DNA from: a virus
Taxonomy: Duplodnaviria > Caudoviricetes
Length of the DNA: 64,000 nt
IMG/VR virus record: IMGVR_UViG_3300022752_000016
Direction: 5' to 3' (one strand)
The position numbers and the translations under genes are program-made. The notes under the pieces were generated by a model. That model was not told the DNA's origin, searched no databases, and saw nothing but the letters and a program-made list of their open reading frames with translations. The first letter of the stretch is position 1. Each line of letters begins with the position of its first letter. Below are positions 10,504 through 25,500 of this stretch, one piece after another.

Positions 10504-13500
10504 ATGACTAGAATACGCACATTAGAATTTCTACCAGAAATATTTCAAACACCAACTAATGCACAATTTTTAAATGCAACATTGGATCAACTTGTAAATC
10601 CACCTGTCACTCAACCTGTACAGGGTTATGTAGGTAGTAAACTAGGTTATGGTATCAATCCTAAAGATTATTATGTTATAGAACCTACCAAAGAAAGAAC
10701 AGATTATCAATTAGATCCTGCATTAATTTTTACAAAAAATAATAATGTTACAGCAAATGATTTTATAACCTATCCAGGAATAATTGATGCTTTGGAGTTA
10801 GAAAATAGTATAGTAAATAATAATTCAGAATTATTCGAAAGTCAAATTTATTCCTTTGACAGCTTTACAGATTATGATAAGCTAATAAATTATAATGAAT
10901 ATTATTGGTTACCAAATGGGCCCCCTGCAGTTGAGGTAAGTTCCGACACAATTTTTAAAACAGCAGAATTTATTGTTGAAGATGAATCAAGTTATTATAA
11001 TATAAAAGAGGGTAATAAAGAATTTAAGAATCCAACTTTAACATTATTACGACAAGGTAAATACCGATTTATAGTAAATCAGGATTCTAATTTTTGGATA
11101 CAAACCCAGCCTGGATTATCAAGTATATCATCCCTTCCGCCATACTATAATATACGAGATGTTTTTGGTGTTGAAAATAATGGTGCAGATCAAGGAGTAG
11201 TTACCTTTAATGTACCAGAAAAAACACAACAAGATAATTTTTTATTTCCTGGATTAAACAATGTAGATGTTGTAAGTTCTATGCCATTTTCAAATATTAA
11301 TGGAAAAGCATTATCTACGTTTAATAATATTGATGGAGTAACATCTTTAAATGGCATGCGGGTTTTATTTTATAATACAGGAATTGAAGATGAGATTGGT
11401 TACGTGCAAAGTTTTTATGGTGAAACAGGATACGATACTAATTCCAATAGTTTAGTTAGTCCTGTAGTACTTTATGTATCATCAACCACAATTACTAATT
11501 TGGTTTTGGCAACAGGTTATGATACAACAAATCTAGTAATAGGTCAAACAGTTACTTTTGGAAGTACCTCACTAGGCGGAATCATTCCTAACAATATTTA
11601 CTACATTTCACAAATTATAAATTCTACAGAATTTAGAATAAGCGATACATTAGGAGGAATTCACTTAACTTTATTTTTTGATTCAGGGTATATGCCTGTA
11701 TACGCCAATCAAGGGTTATTTGAAGAAGGTTATTATTCAGAGGTCAATAGTAATTTTTATAGAATAGAATATGTAGGTGATGTTAATGATCCTATTATTA
11801 GGTTAGTTAATGATGGTGTAATACCAATTAATCAAAAAATTACTGCAAAATATGGTATTGAGTATATTGAAAGGAATTTTTTTAAAAACTTAGTTGGTGA
11901 AATAAATTTAATACCTTATTTAACTGCTCCACTTGATGTTTTATATTACCAAGACGGACAAAATCCTGATAAAGTAGGAATAATAAACTTAATTGATTCT
12001 AATTCAACAAATTCAATAAATGTTAATACTGATATTATAGGACAAAAAAATTATACATCAAAAAATGGGGTTGTGTTTACAAATGGACTAAAAATATTTT
12101 TTGATGGTGATGTAACTCCTGCAAATTATTTACAAGGCGAGTATTATGTTGAAGGAGTAGGAACTTCAATAAATTTAATACCTACTGTAAGCACAGTATG
12201 CCCTGAAATTTTTACACAAACCCAATTTTTACCATATGATGTGACCCCGTATGATTTTGGAAATTATGACACAAACTTATATGTTCCAATATATCCTGAT
12301 TATATTACAATTAATAGAAATGCAAATAATTTAAATGCTTGGTCAAGAAGTAATCGTTGGTTTCATTCACAAGTTATAAATGATACAGCAATATATAATA
12401 ATGATCCCTCTATTGTAACATTGTATGGCACTTATCAAAACAAAGCGAAAAGACCGATTATAGAATTTTTTCCAAATTTAAAATTATTTGAGACAGGAAC
12501 CTTAGAAACTAGTCCAGTCGATTTTATTGACTTTAGAACAACCGATGCATTTTTAGAAGTAGCAGGGCAAGAAACATATTATCCTGATGTTGCTGTATAT
12601 ACAAATAATACTGTAACTATTGCAGCTACGACTACAAATTCAACTACAATTACAGTGTTAAAACAAAATGTAATTGGAACATTTATAATTGGACAATATG
12701 TAGTAGATAGTTTAGGTGTATTACCAATTAACACAAACATTAAAAATATTAATCAAACAAATACATCCTTTATACTTACAGTAGGTTGGGAAGATCCTGA
12801 AGTCATTAATTTAACTACAAATGATAGTATAATTACTACAAAAATTCAACCAGATGGTTATAAATTATTTTCAGGTGCTCACATAATTTTTGCTAATGAT
12901 AATAATATTGAAGTTAGAAAAAAAGTTTATGAAGTTTCTTTTTCATCAATTAATTCAGGTCCATTATTAATTACTCTAACACCTGTACCAGATTTAATCT
13001 TAGATGCTGATTATAATATTATAGTATTGAAAGGTAATAATTATGAAGGAAAAAGTTTTTATTTTGATGGAGTTGATTGGCTTTTAGGTCAACAAAAAAC
13101 AAATATTAATCAAGCACCTTTATTTGACGTATTTGATCAAAACGGTATAAGCTTTAGTGATAACACAATATACCCAGGCACTTCATTTATTGGAAGTACA
13201 TTGTTTGCATATGGTATTGGTAGTGGAACTGATGATAGCATTTTAGGCTTTCCTTTACGTTATAGTTCAGTTGAAAATTTAGGCGATATTAGTTTTGATG
13301 TATCCTTTAATAAAGATACTTTTAATTATGTAGAATTAAGTTCTCCACAGACTAAAAAAATTAACACTGGATATGTACATAACTACTTTACGAGAACAGA
13401 ATATACTAGACAATTAGGTTGGCAAACTTCTATTTCTCCAAGTATACAATATCAAATTTTTGAATTTAATTATAATATTGGAGAAACAAAAAATGAATTT

Positions 13501-16500
13501 ATTTGTGATGTAGCACCTGCTAACGATAGCACTAATAAGTGGCCAAAAGTGCAGGTATTTATTAATAATGTTTGGCAAAATCCTACAACATATACCATTG
13601 CAACAACATTTTCTACAACCACAATAATTTTGGGTAAAGTGCCAACATTTGATACTGTAATAGAAATATATATTTACAGTAATCAAGTTAGTAAGAAAGC
13701 ATACTATACTATTCCTATTAATTTATCAAATAATCCATTTAATACAGATATCGAAACTGTACAAATGGGAGATTTAAGACTTCACTATGAAAGTATCTTT
13801 GTAAATACTCCTAATATAGAAGGTAAAGTATTTGGTAGTAATAATTATAGAGATTTAGGGAATTTAATACCATATGGTAATAAAATTATTCAAAATAGTG
13901 CTAGCCTTGTATTACCTAGTGTATTTTTAAGAAAACAAAACCAAAGTTTATTTAATAGTTTACAGTTTAATTGTCAACAATATTTAAATTATAAACAACT
14001 TATAGTTAATACCGTTGACAAGTTAGATATTGGACAAACATTTACACCTAGTATTGTTTTAGATGCAGCTATTGAAATAATTACAAAAGAAAAAAACAAT
14101 ACGCAATCATTTTTTTATAGTGATATGTTGCCTAGTAAAGCTTCATATATTACAAATTCATACATTTTTAAAAATGATTTAAATGTAACAATATATCCTT
14201 TAAGTAAAATTTACAATTTTGATACTGCTAATTATAATGGAGTTTTAGTATACTTATTAAGAGAAAAAAATAATTTATTATTAGAGACTTTATGTATAAA
14301 AGATATTGATTATACTATTAGTAAAACTGCACCTAGCCTAATTATCAATGTGCCTTTACTTGATAATGACATAATTGTTATTAAAGAATATAATCAAACT
14401 TATGGAAGTTTTGTTCCAAATACACCAACTAAGTTAGGTTTGTATCCTGCGTATTTACCAGAAGTTGTATATGATACAACTTATAATACACCAACTTGGT
14501 TTATAAAAGGACATGATGGTTCATACACAAAATTATACGGAGAATACAATACTGATTTAGAAATATTAATTGATTTTCGTGATCAAGCACTTTTTGAGTT
14601 TGAAAAAAGAATTTATAACAATTTAAAACTTGAAGGTTTTAGTATACCTATTTTACCAAATCAGGTCATTCCAGGTTATTTTAGACAAACCAATTTGTCA
14701 TTTGAAGAATTTAATGAAATATATTCTTTTAATTTTCTTAATTGGGTAGGACAAAATAGGTTAGATTATTCTACGCAATTTTACAATGTTAATAATAAAT
14801 TTAGTTATAATTATAGAGATCAAGAAAATAAACTAGATGACAAGCCTTTCTTACAAGGAAATTGGAGAGGGCTTTATCAATATTTTTATGATACCTCTGA
14901 GCCTAATTTAACTCCATGGCAAATGTTAGGCATACCAAATAAACCAAATTGGTGGGAAGAAAGATATGGGCCCGCACCATACACAAGTGATAACTTTATA
15001 CTTTGGAATGATTTGGCTCAAGGAATAAATTACAACAACGGTAATCCAGTTGTAATACCAGAAGCAATAAGACCACAATTATTTGAAATAATTCCTGTAG
15101 ACGGTAATGGAAATTTATTGAATCCTTTTGAAGTTATGCTTGCAGGATACGATATTAATACATTTCAAAAAAGTTGGATAGTAGGAGATACAGGTCCTGT
15201 AGAATTTAGTTACAAGCGAAGTAGTACATTTCCCTATGATTTAATTAAAATTTATGCTTTAACACAAACAGCTAATTTCTTTAATTTATTTGTTGACGTT
15301 GACAATTATAGATATAGTTCTGAATTTAATCAATATTTAGTAAACAATCAAAATCATCTTATTCCTAATCAGATACAAATTTATGGTAATGGTATAGCTA
15401 AAACTAGTTATTTAAACTGGATAGTTGATTATGAAAAACAGTTTGGGTTAAATGGCACAAACAATATTTTAACACTATTAAATAATTTAGATGTTAGATT
15501 AGTTTACAGGATGGCAGGATTTAGTGATAAAAAGTTTTTACAATTTTTTGTCGAAAAAGGTTCTCCAAATGATAATAATGCAAGTTTATTGATTCCTGAT
15601 GAAAGTTACGCTTTATTATTATATGACAACCAACCACAAAGTAGGATTATATATTCCAGTATAATTATACAGAAAATACCATTTGGATATGCAGTTTTTG
15701 GTAATAGCCAAGATAAAGCATATTTTATTATTTTAAATCCTTTAAACGATGGAAAGTATGAAAATATAACAGTAGAAAAATTGAGTGTAAAAGTTCCTTT
15801 AAATTACAGTAATACTGAATCGATTATACCTTATGGTACAATTTTTTATACTGTCCAACAATTAGCTGACTTTTGTAATGGATATGGTGCAAAATTAAAT
15901 CGTGATGGTTTAGTATTTGATTCTGTTGAAAATGGGCTTGAAATTAATTTTAGACAACTTATTGGAGAATTTTTATATTGGGCACAAACAGGATGGGAAG
16001 ATGGAAGTATAATTACATTAAATCCTACTGCTAAAGAATTAAAAATTAATAAAACAAATGAAATAGTACAACCTTTAACGGTACACAAAAATAATTTTGT
16101 TTTGAATCAAAATTTTTATCCTATCCCAGTAAATAATCTGTCAATAGTTCGAGAACAAACTATTTTTAGTGTAACAGCACTTAATAACGGAGATACAATA
16201 AGTTATGGCCAATTTAATTTAAGTAATTTTGAAAATGCAATTGTTTTTGATAACAATACTGTGTTTAATGATGTAATTTATGACCTAATCACTGGTTTAA
16301 GACAAAATAGAATTTACGTTCGGGGAGTAAAATCTGCGGAATGGAAGGGCACAGTGAATGCTTCTGGTTTCATTTTAAACCAAGACAATATTGAAGAATG
16401 GAATAAAGATTTAGGATATACAAAAGGTGTAATAGTTTTATATAAAAATAAATATTGGACAAGTATTCGTAAAATTGAACCTAGTGGAATATTTAACGAA

Positions 16501-19500
16501 AATGATTGGAAGGTTACAGAATACGACGAAATACAAAAAGGTTTATTACCAAATTCAAGTACTAGATCATATGAAAGTACCTTGTATTATGATATTAATA
16601 AAGTTAATTTAGAACAAGATGCTGACTTATTGAGTTTTAGTTTAATAGGATATAGACCAAGAGATTACTTAACATTGGTTGATTTATCAGATATCACTCA
16701 AATTAATGTTTATAAAAACTTTATAAAACAAAAAGGCACACAAAATTCCTTATTGGCATTTAAAGGAAGTAATTTGCCACAAGGAGGAATAGACTATGAT
16801 ACATACGAAAATTTTGCTATTAAAATTGGTGAATTCGGAGCCGTAACGAACAATAACTTTGTTGAATTTAAACTTAAACAAAATTTATTAACAGGCACAC
16901 CTAGTATAGTTAGTTTAACTAAAGGAGTTGCTACAGAAGGTTCACAACAGGAAGTTCCATTAACTTCATTATTTAATTATAATAGACCAATAACTGATCC
17001 TAATATATTGTTAACAATACCTAGCTCAAGTTTAAGTTATGTATTTCCAAATGCAGGTTATGTAAATTTTAATGATGTGAAAATGTCAAGTTATTTTTTT
17101 ACTAATCTGTCAACAGCAACAAATAGCGCAGGAAGTATAGTTCCTATAACAAATTTTTATGTAAGAAATTATGTATGGTTGGCCAATTTTCTTGAGAATT
17201 GGCAAATATATACTTGGAAATCAGTGGGACAAATTATAACTATTATTCCTAATATTAATAGCACATGTATTGTAAGATTTTTACAACCTCATAATTTATC
17301 TAGATTACAACCTATTAGTATAATAAACTTTGGACAAAATATTGACGGGTATTATTTAGTATTACAAGTTAATAATGATTATGAAATTATAATAAATTTA
17401 AATTTAATAACTGCTGTTCCTGAAGTAATAGGCCAAGGCATAGGATTAACATTTGTTTCACAACGTGTTGACACAACTAAAGATATAGAAAACCTTAATC
17501 TTATTGATGCAGAATTTATTAAAAATACAATTTGGGTAGACTCAGACAGTGATGGACAATGGGCAGTACTACAAAAATCAATAAATTATAAATATATTGA
17601 TACATTTACGATTCCAAATACTCATCGTTTGGGAACGAGTGTAGCCTATAATGACAAAGCAGGATATTTAATAGGAGACACTGAAAATATTATTCAAGCC
17701 AATAATATAGTTGTAGGAGAAACATATCAAATACAAACATTAGGTAATACAAATTTTACGACCTGTGGCGCTAGTTCTAATACATTAGGTACTATTTTTC
17801 TTGCAACAAGTATTCCAACTGGAAACGGAACTGTTATCCAAGGAAAAGTATATAGATACAAACAAAATAAGGTAACCCAAGAATATGAAGTAGTACAATC
17901 TTTATCTGGACCAAAATCTTTTGGGAAAACTATAAAATATACAGGACAAATGTATTATATATCAGATAATAATAGTACAAGACCTGCTGTATACATTTAT
18001 AACATTAATCCCAGTATTGTTAATACTAATTTAATACTTAATCAAGTTATATTAGCTCCGAATTCTCAAATAGTAAATTTTGGAGAAGATATAGCTATCA
18101 GTCAAGATCAAAATTGGTTGTATATAAGCGATATAAATAATGACCCTAATAATTACAGACAAAATGTTTATGTTTACTACAGACAAAATATTCAAATGTC
18201 TGCAGGATTTTTTGTAATAGGTGAAACTTATGTCATAACTGAAATAGGAACAACAAATTTTATATCCTTAGGTGCCATTGAAAATACAGTTGGAATTATT
18301 TTTGTAGCCACTGGTAGTGGTACAGGCACAGGAAAAGCCAATAAAATATCTTATAAATTATCTACTATAATTGACGGTACAAATTACGGAAATAATTTTG
18401 GTAAAAGTTTAGCAACAAATTATACTGGTGATAGAATACTTATAGGAGCTCCTGGTAAAGTTATTAATAATCTTGACAATGCAGGCCAGTCATTTTTATA
18501 TTATAGAACATATCAAAACATTGAAGTTTTAAATAAGTTCACTCAAGAATTTAATTTAGGGTGGAATACAGATAATTTATTAAAGACAGCAGTTAGTTTT
18601 GATGGAGTTAACAATTTCGTACTTTTAAATAATGTTAATGGAATAAGCATTAACGATCCTATAATTTTTAGTGGAGTAGGATTGACAGGTTCATTAGTAC
18701 AACAATATAAAACATATTATATTGGTAGTATTTTTGGTAATAATATTACCCTCAAAACGTCACGAAGTACCAATAATTTCTTATCAATTAATACCGTTTC
18801 AGGTCCGTTAAGTGTAATAGCCTCAGTTCAAACCTGTCCATTATTAGTAATGTTAAATGGAAACACTTTATATGATGATAGTTATGGTTGCATATTAAAC
18901 AAATTTTATTATACAGGGTCATTGAATCCTGGAGATATTATAAACATACAGGATAATCAATTTACTTTACTTAATACATTTACAGGAATCAATAATGAGC
19001 GAGTAGGTGCACACTTTGGTAATGCAGTAGGAATGAATAAGCTTGGAAGTGAATTGATGATCGGGAGTCCTTTTGAAATTGATAATAATAATTTAGAAGG
19101 AAAAGTTTATAGATACACCAATGGTGGAGCGAAGTATGGTATACTAGTAGGTAATACTATCTGTAACGTAAAAACACAAAGACAAATTTTTATAAATGGT
19201 TTTTTGGTACAAATTCCTGCAGGCAATGCTGATGTAGTATCCTATGCTATAACTCAAGCAGGAATACCAAATATCACAGCTAAAAGTATTGATGGTAGGT
19301 TAGTAATAAGTACAATTAATAACAATATGGCTGTACCAAATCAAAAATGTATAGTTTTTGTAACAAATCCAATTATTTTAAATGAATTAGGACTAAGTCT
19401 TTATAATTTTACTCAATTAATATCAGCACCACATAGTGAAGGGTCTACACAGTTTGGTTCAAATTTAAAATTTAATGAATTTGATAGTGTAGTAATAAGT

Positions 19501-22500
19501 GCACCAATAGGATCCAGATACGAAGCCACAACTTTTGATTTTACAGATGATTTAAATTTTGATAATGATACAATATTTGATAATAATGCAACACAATTTA
19601 TAGACAGTTATCCAAATGCAGGAGCTGTTTATATGTTTGATTATATAGCTACCTATAATGAATCAATTGATAATGTTGGAAAATTCATATATGCTCAAAG
19701 CGTTAATTCAATAGATCAAGTTTATGGATCTTTACCATATTATGGATACAGTTTAGACTTTAATGATTATAATGTAATAGTAGGTAGCCCAACTTTTAGT
19801 ACAGGTGGATTCACCATATATATTAATAATGAAAAGGTTAAAGATTGGATTCCATATCGTAAAAGTGCTCCTATAGTTAATACAGAAAAAATACAAAATG
19901 TACAAATATTTGATTCAGAAACAAATAATACTTTAGTAAATTTAGATTATTTTGATCCATTGCAAGGTACATTGTTGGGTGTTGTTAGAGAAAATATTGA
20001 TTATATAAGTAATGTAGATCCAGCCAAATATAATAGTCCAGAAAGTTTTCAATTAGGACTTCTATGGGGTAAAAATCAAGTAGGACAAATATGGTTTAAT
20101 ACAAATAATGTAAGATATGTTAATTACCATCAAAATGATAATGTTTACAATGGTAAGTATTGGGGAACTGTATTTCCAGGTAGTCAACCTGAAATGTATA
20201 CTTGGATTGAAAGCACTGTGCCACCTGATCAATATATTGGGCAGGGACAAATATTTGATCCTACACTTTACGTTGTCCAAGTAGTTATTAATAGCACAGG
20301 ATCATTAACACCAGTTTACTATTTTTGGGTAAGAAATACAGGTTTTATAGGTGTGAATGCAGGAAAAACTTTATCAGATACCACACTAGAAGAATACATT
20401 TTAAATCCAACCGCATCTGGTGTAAGTTATATAAGCACATTATTACCAAATAGTATTGGTTTATATAATGTTGAAAATTTTATTAATGGTAATAATAGTG
20501 TATTTCATATAGGATATTTAAGTGGTAATAATTTTGAACTTGCTCATAATGAATACACTTTAATAAGAAGCGATTTTGCTGACGATTTTTTACCAGGTGT
20601 TCCTAATTTGGGCACCAATGAATTACCTGACAGTTTATATGATAGATTTTTAGATAGTTTATCAGGAGTTGATGAAAATGGTTCGGTAGTCCCTAACCCT
20701 TTTTTACCTCTTGCAGTTCAATCAGGTGTTCAAGTAAGACCTAGACAAAGTTTTTTTTATAATCGTTTTACCGCCTTAAAAAATTACTTGACATATGCTA
20801 ATGTAATAATTAAACAATTTCCTATCGTAGAGACAAAACCATTTGCGTTTAGAGATTTCCTGCAATTAAAAAATAATTCAACTTCTGTTTTTACAGAAGG
20901 AGATCAATTTGATGTAAGTTTATATTGGGAATACATTAATTGGTGGGCGTTAGGGTATAGTGATAATACTAAAGCTGCATTTGAAGTGAAATATTATTCT
21001 GATCTTTCAACTTTAACTGTTGAACCTAATACAATAGTAAATGTAGGATATAATTTAGATGGAAACAGAGAAACTTACATATATGAAGGTAATAACAAAT
21101 GGACAAGAATTGGTTTACAAAATGGTACTATTCAATTTAAACCAACTCTTTGGAATTATAACATAGCAAAATTTGGATTTGGGGATAATTTTTATGATAC
21201 TACTAGGTATGATATTTATCCGAGTACAGAAACCAGACTTATAGTAAGAGCCCTTGTAGAAAGAATTTATACAAATGAATTATTAATTTTTAGAAATAAA
21301 AGTTTAATTTTGATTTTTAATTATATACAAACAGAAACTATTGAGTCACAGAACTTTTTGCCATGGTTAATGAAAACTTCATTGGTTGATGTTTCTCATA
21401 AAATACGTGAATTGTATCCATATGAAGTTTATCGTAGCGATAACCAAGAGTTTTTAGAAGGTTATTTGAATGAAGTAAAACCATATCATGTGGTAATTAA
21501 AGATTATTTGTTAAAATACACAGGAGAAGAAATATTTGAGGGTGACTTAAGTGATTTTGATTTACCTGCAAAATATAACAAAACAGTTGAGAAATTTATA
21601 AGTCCTGAATTAGTTCTCGACATTCCTAACAATGAATATGAATTTCTGCCAACCAATCCAATTTGGCAAGAAAATAGCTATTCTCAATGGTTCAAAAATC
21701 GTGGACTAAGTTTATCAGGAATTGATAACTACAGTTTAACAACTCTAGCAGCATTTGTAAATATATCCAGTACAGTTATTTTTCTTGACAATGTAGCAGG
21801 ACTTCCAGTAACTGGTTATATTTTAATAGATAGAGAATATATAGGTTATAGTTATGTTGATAGAGCATTAAATTTTATTGGTAATTTACAACGTGGTTTA
21901 TATGGTACAGAAATAGTTGATCACATACCAGGCGAAACAGTAATCATAGATTTACCAGGAGTGGTCGTTTTAGATTCAGGTAGAGGATACATTTCAGCAC
22001 CTAAAATTACTGCTTACATCGATCCTTTATTATATCCACAACCTATAACTCAGGCTGTTTTAATACCTATTATGAGCTTAGACAAAGTTATAGGTGTTGA
22101 TATAATTGATCCTGGTTTAGGATATTTAACACAACCTGAAATAATTATAGAACCATCTAACGTTACCATATTTTCAAGTGAAAATATTGATACAGAATTT
22201 AGTACTATAACAATATATGCACCTACTTTAATTACAGGAGATCTAGTACAATTTATAGTAGAAGGAAATAGTAGCCCAATCAAAGGACTTAAAAATAAAA
22301 ATTGGTATTATATAAATGTTTTAGAAATTGATCCAAACTATATATTTGGTTTATACTATAGTTATTCAGACGCAATAAATGATGATAATCGTGTAAAAAT
22401 ATTAAGTACAGGCAATGGTACATATAGTCTAAATTTAGGAGCACAAGCCTATTCTATAACCACTGCTCAACCAAAACGTGAGGAAATTACAACATTAAGG

Positions 22501-25500
22501 TATGATAGAACAACTTATAGACCACAGGTTACTGACTGGATAGCAGGCACGTATTATGGTGCATTTTTTGCCGGACTTTATAGTAACAGTGAAAAAATTT
22601 CAAGTTCAAGTACTAAATTACAAAGTGTATTACCTTCTATCAGTAATATTTTAGCAAGTGCACGTGGTGTGGTTTTTGAAATTGATAACGTTGTTAATGA
22701 TCAAGTAATAACCTATAGTAGTTTTGTGCGTTTTGCGAGTCAAACAGTCGCAGCTAGCAATTGTATTAGACTAATTCCACAGGATGGAAATAATGATCCT
22801 TTAGTAACTAATCCAAACTCAGCAAGTGGATTAACTTTAGGATTTTATTCTACTATGCCAATTAAGTTCTCAGGAGATGTTGGACCTATTATAGTACAAA
22901 ATCAAGTTTATTATGTAAAAGACATAATTAATAATTATGACTTTTCAATATCCACTACACCTAATGGTCCTACTTTACTTTTAAGTAATTACACCGTATC
23001 GGAAGTTTGCAGTTGTTTTGTAGGAGAGGTTACAAATACAGCTTTGATTACTGTAAACTATCCTGATATATTAAATGTAACAAAAATTACATCAGGTATT
23101 AATAAAATAACAGTTCCTTTAAATAGCACAGGTACAGGTGGTACAACAAATATGTATATTAACGTACCTGTAGAATTTGTTGGTAGTATGTTTGGTGGAT
23201 TAGTTAGTAATTTTATCTATTATGTTACAACCATTATTGACGAAGAAAATTTTACTATTTCTAAAAATACAGATCCTATTAGAACAACTGTTACAAATAC
23301 TTCTAATAGTAATGTAATTACTGTTGAAACCACTAGTGGTTTTAATATAAATGATCCTGTAATTTTTAATGAGATGAAAGTAGCAATAGGTAATCTTAGC
23401 GTAGGGCAAACTTATAAAATTTTACAATTAAATGGAACAGATTTTACAACTCTCGGGGCTTCGGAAAATATTATTGGATTAGAATTTATTGCAACTAGTA
23501 ATGGTATAATAAACGCAGGTCTTACCACAATAGGATTAATTTATTATATTACCTCTTTAGGTAATACTGATTGGAATAGTTTAGCGAATACCACTGGATT
23601 AGTCTATGCAGTTGGTGATGAGATTTTAGTGCATGATCCTTCTTTAGTAACAGGATCGACTGGTACATGTGTACAAGGATCAGGAGTTGTAACAACAAAG
23701 TACTTTGGAAATATTTATTCAGGAAGACTATACTTTGTTAGAGAAATTATAAATCCAACATCCTTTACAATTTCAAGTGAAATAAATGGATTAGAGTACG
23801 TTTTAACCAGTCAAATTGGTACTGCACTTGTTACAAACCAAAGTGATGTAGTACCACTTATTGATAGTGTTGGTAATTGTACATGTAACCTATCTTTGCC
23901 AGTAAGTCCTGGCCAAGTAAATGGACAAATATTTAATTTTTATAACACCAGTAAGAATTTTATAAGTCCTAAATTAGGACCAAACGAAAACTTAATAGTA
24001 AAAACGATTCCTGCATCTTTAGGCAATGGTACTATGTCAGGAGAAAATAAATTTCCTATCGTAACAACTGCTACTGGTTTAGGTAATTTTTACGTAAATA
24101 TGCCTATTGAGGTCAGTGTAGACCAAGGTGAAGCAACATTTTCAGGTTCAATAAATTTTGGATATTTAACAGTGTCAGCGTTGCCTGCTCCTATTGGCAA
24201 TATTAACTTAGGTGGTTTAATAACTGGAAACGGTATAGTCGTTTCTGATAATGTCAGAATCGTTGGACAAACAGACGGAGTTCCAGGAGGACCGGGCGAA
24301 TATTTGCTTAATCAAGCTATCAGTGGTCCTAGTGGTACTTACAACATAGAACCTAATTTAAACACCTCAACCACTTACTATGTTATAAACTACACAGGTA
24401 GATTAAACCCAAGCACAAATATAATTGAACCTAAGTTAACAGCTACATGTTCCGCTACAGTGGCAACTGTTAATTATATAATTTGTGATACTACGTCACA
24501 ATTATATGAAGGAATGCCAATTGTATTTTCATTGTTTAGTTTAGGAGGTTTGTTGCTTGATACAGAATATTATGTAAAAAATATTATTTCATCAATTGAA
24601 TTTACTATTAGTAATATTAAAAATGGCCCAATAGTAGAATTGAATACAGAGTTTGGAACTATGATTTGCACAGGTCAGGATTGGATACAACTATCAACTT
24701 CAATAAACGGAGATTCTTTAATTTTATCCAACTCAGTTGACGAAACAATTGCAACACAAACTCCACAAGGTGCCCAACCAGATTTTGACATAAGTTATAT
24801 TTTAGGAGGTTATAGAGCAATCATTACAGCCCAGGGATCAGGTTATGCTATAAACAATACTATTACTATAGAAGGTGTTGATTTAGAAGCAGTAAGTCCT
24901 AAAAATAATTTAACTTTGACAGTTAATGGAATAGATAGTTTAGGTCAAATTACAGATGTTATTTGTTCAGGTACAGTTCCTGGTTTAGAATTAAGTTATT
25001 TTTGTAAAGTATATTCTGGTAATCAATTTTACGTATATAATAATCCTTTACTAACAGTACCAGTTAGTGGAATAGATTTTCCGTATGTTGGTATTACAAA
25101 AACAACTGCGGTATCATTAAAGCAAACATCTACTGTTATTTCTCCATCAGTTCCTGTTGTCACTGTTTCTAGTACCTCAGGCTTTGAGCAAGGTGATTCT
25201 GTTAATTTTACAGGAAATATTATAAAGGCACAGGCAGAATTTACAGGTTCTATAGCTGGTTCAACTTTAACAGTAAGTTCAGTAACAGCTGGTGAAATTT
25301 TAATAGGAATGGAACTAAATGGCAGTGATGGAAACGGAAATATTGTTATTCCAGGCACATATATACAAAGTGGTAGTGGTATAACTTATACATTAAGCAT
25401 TAGTCAAACTCTTGTAGCTGCAAATTTCCAAGCAAGCAAACATACAATTAGCAATAATTTAACGTACTATATTTTAGAAATTGATAGTGTTAATAATGAA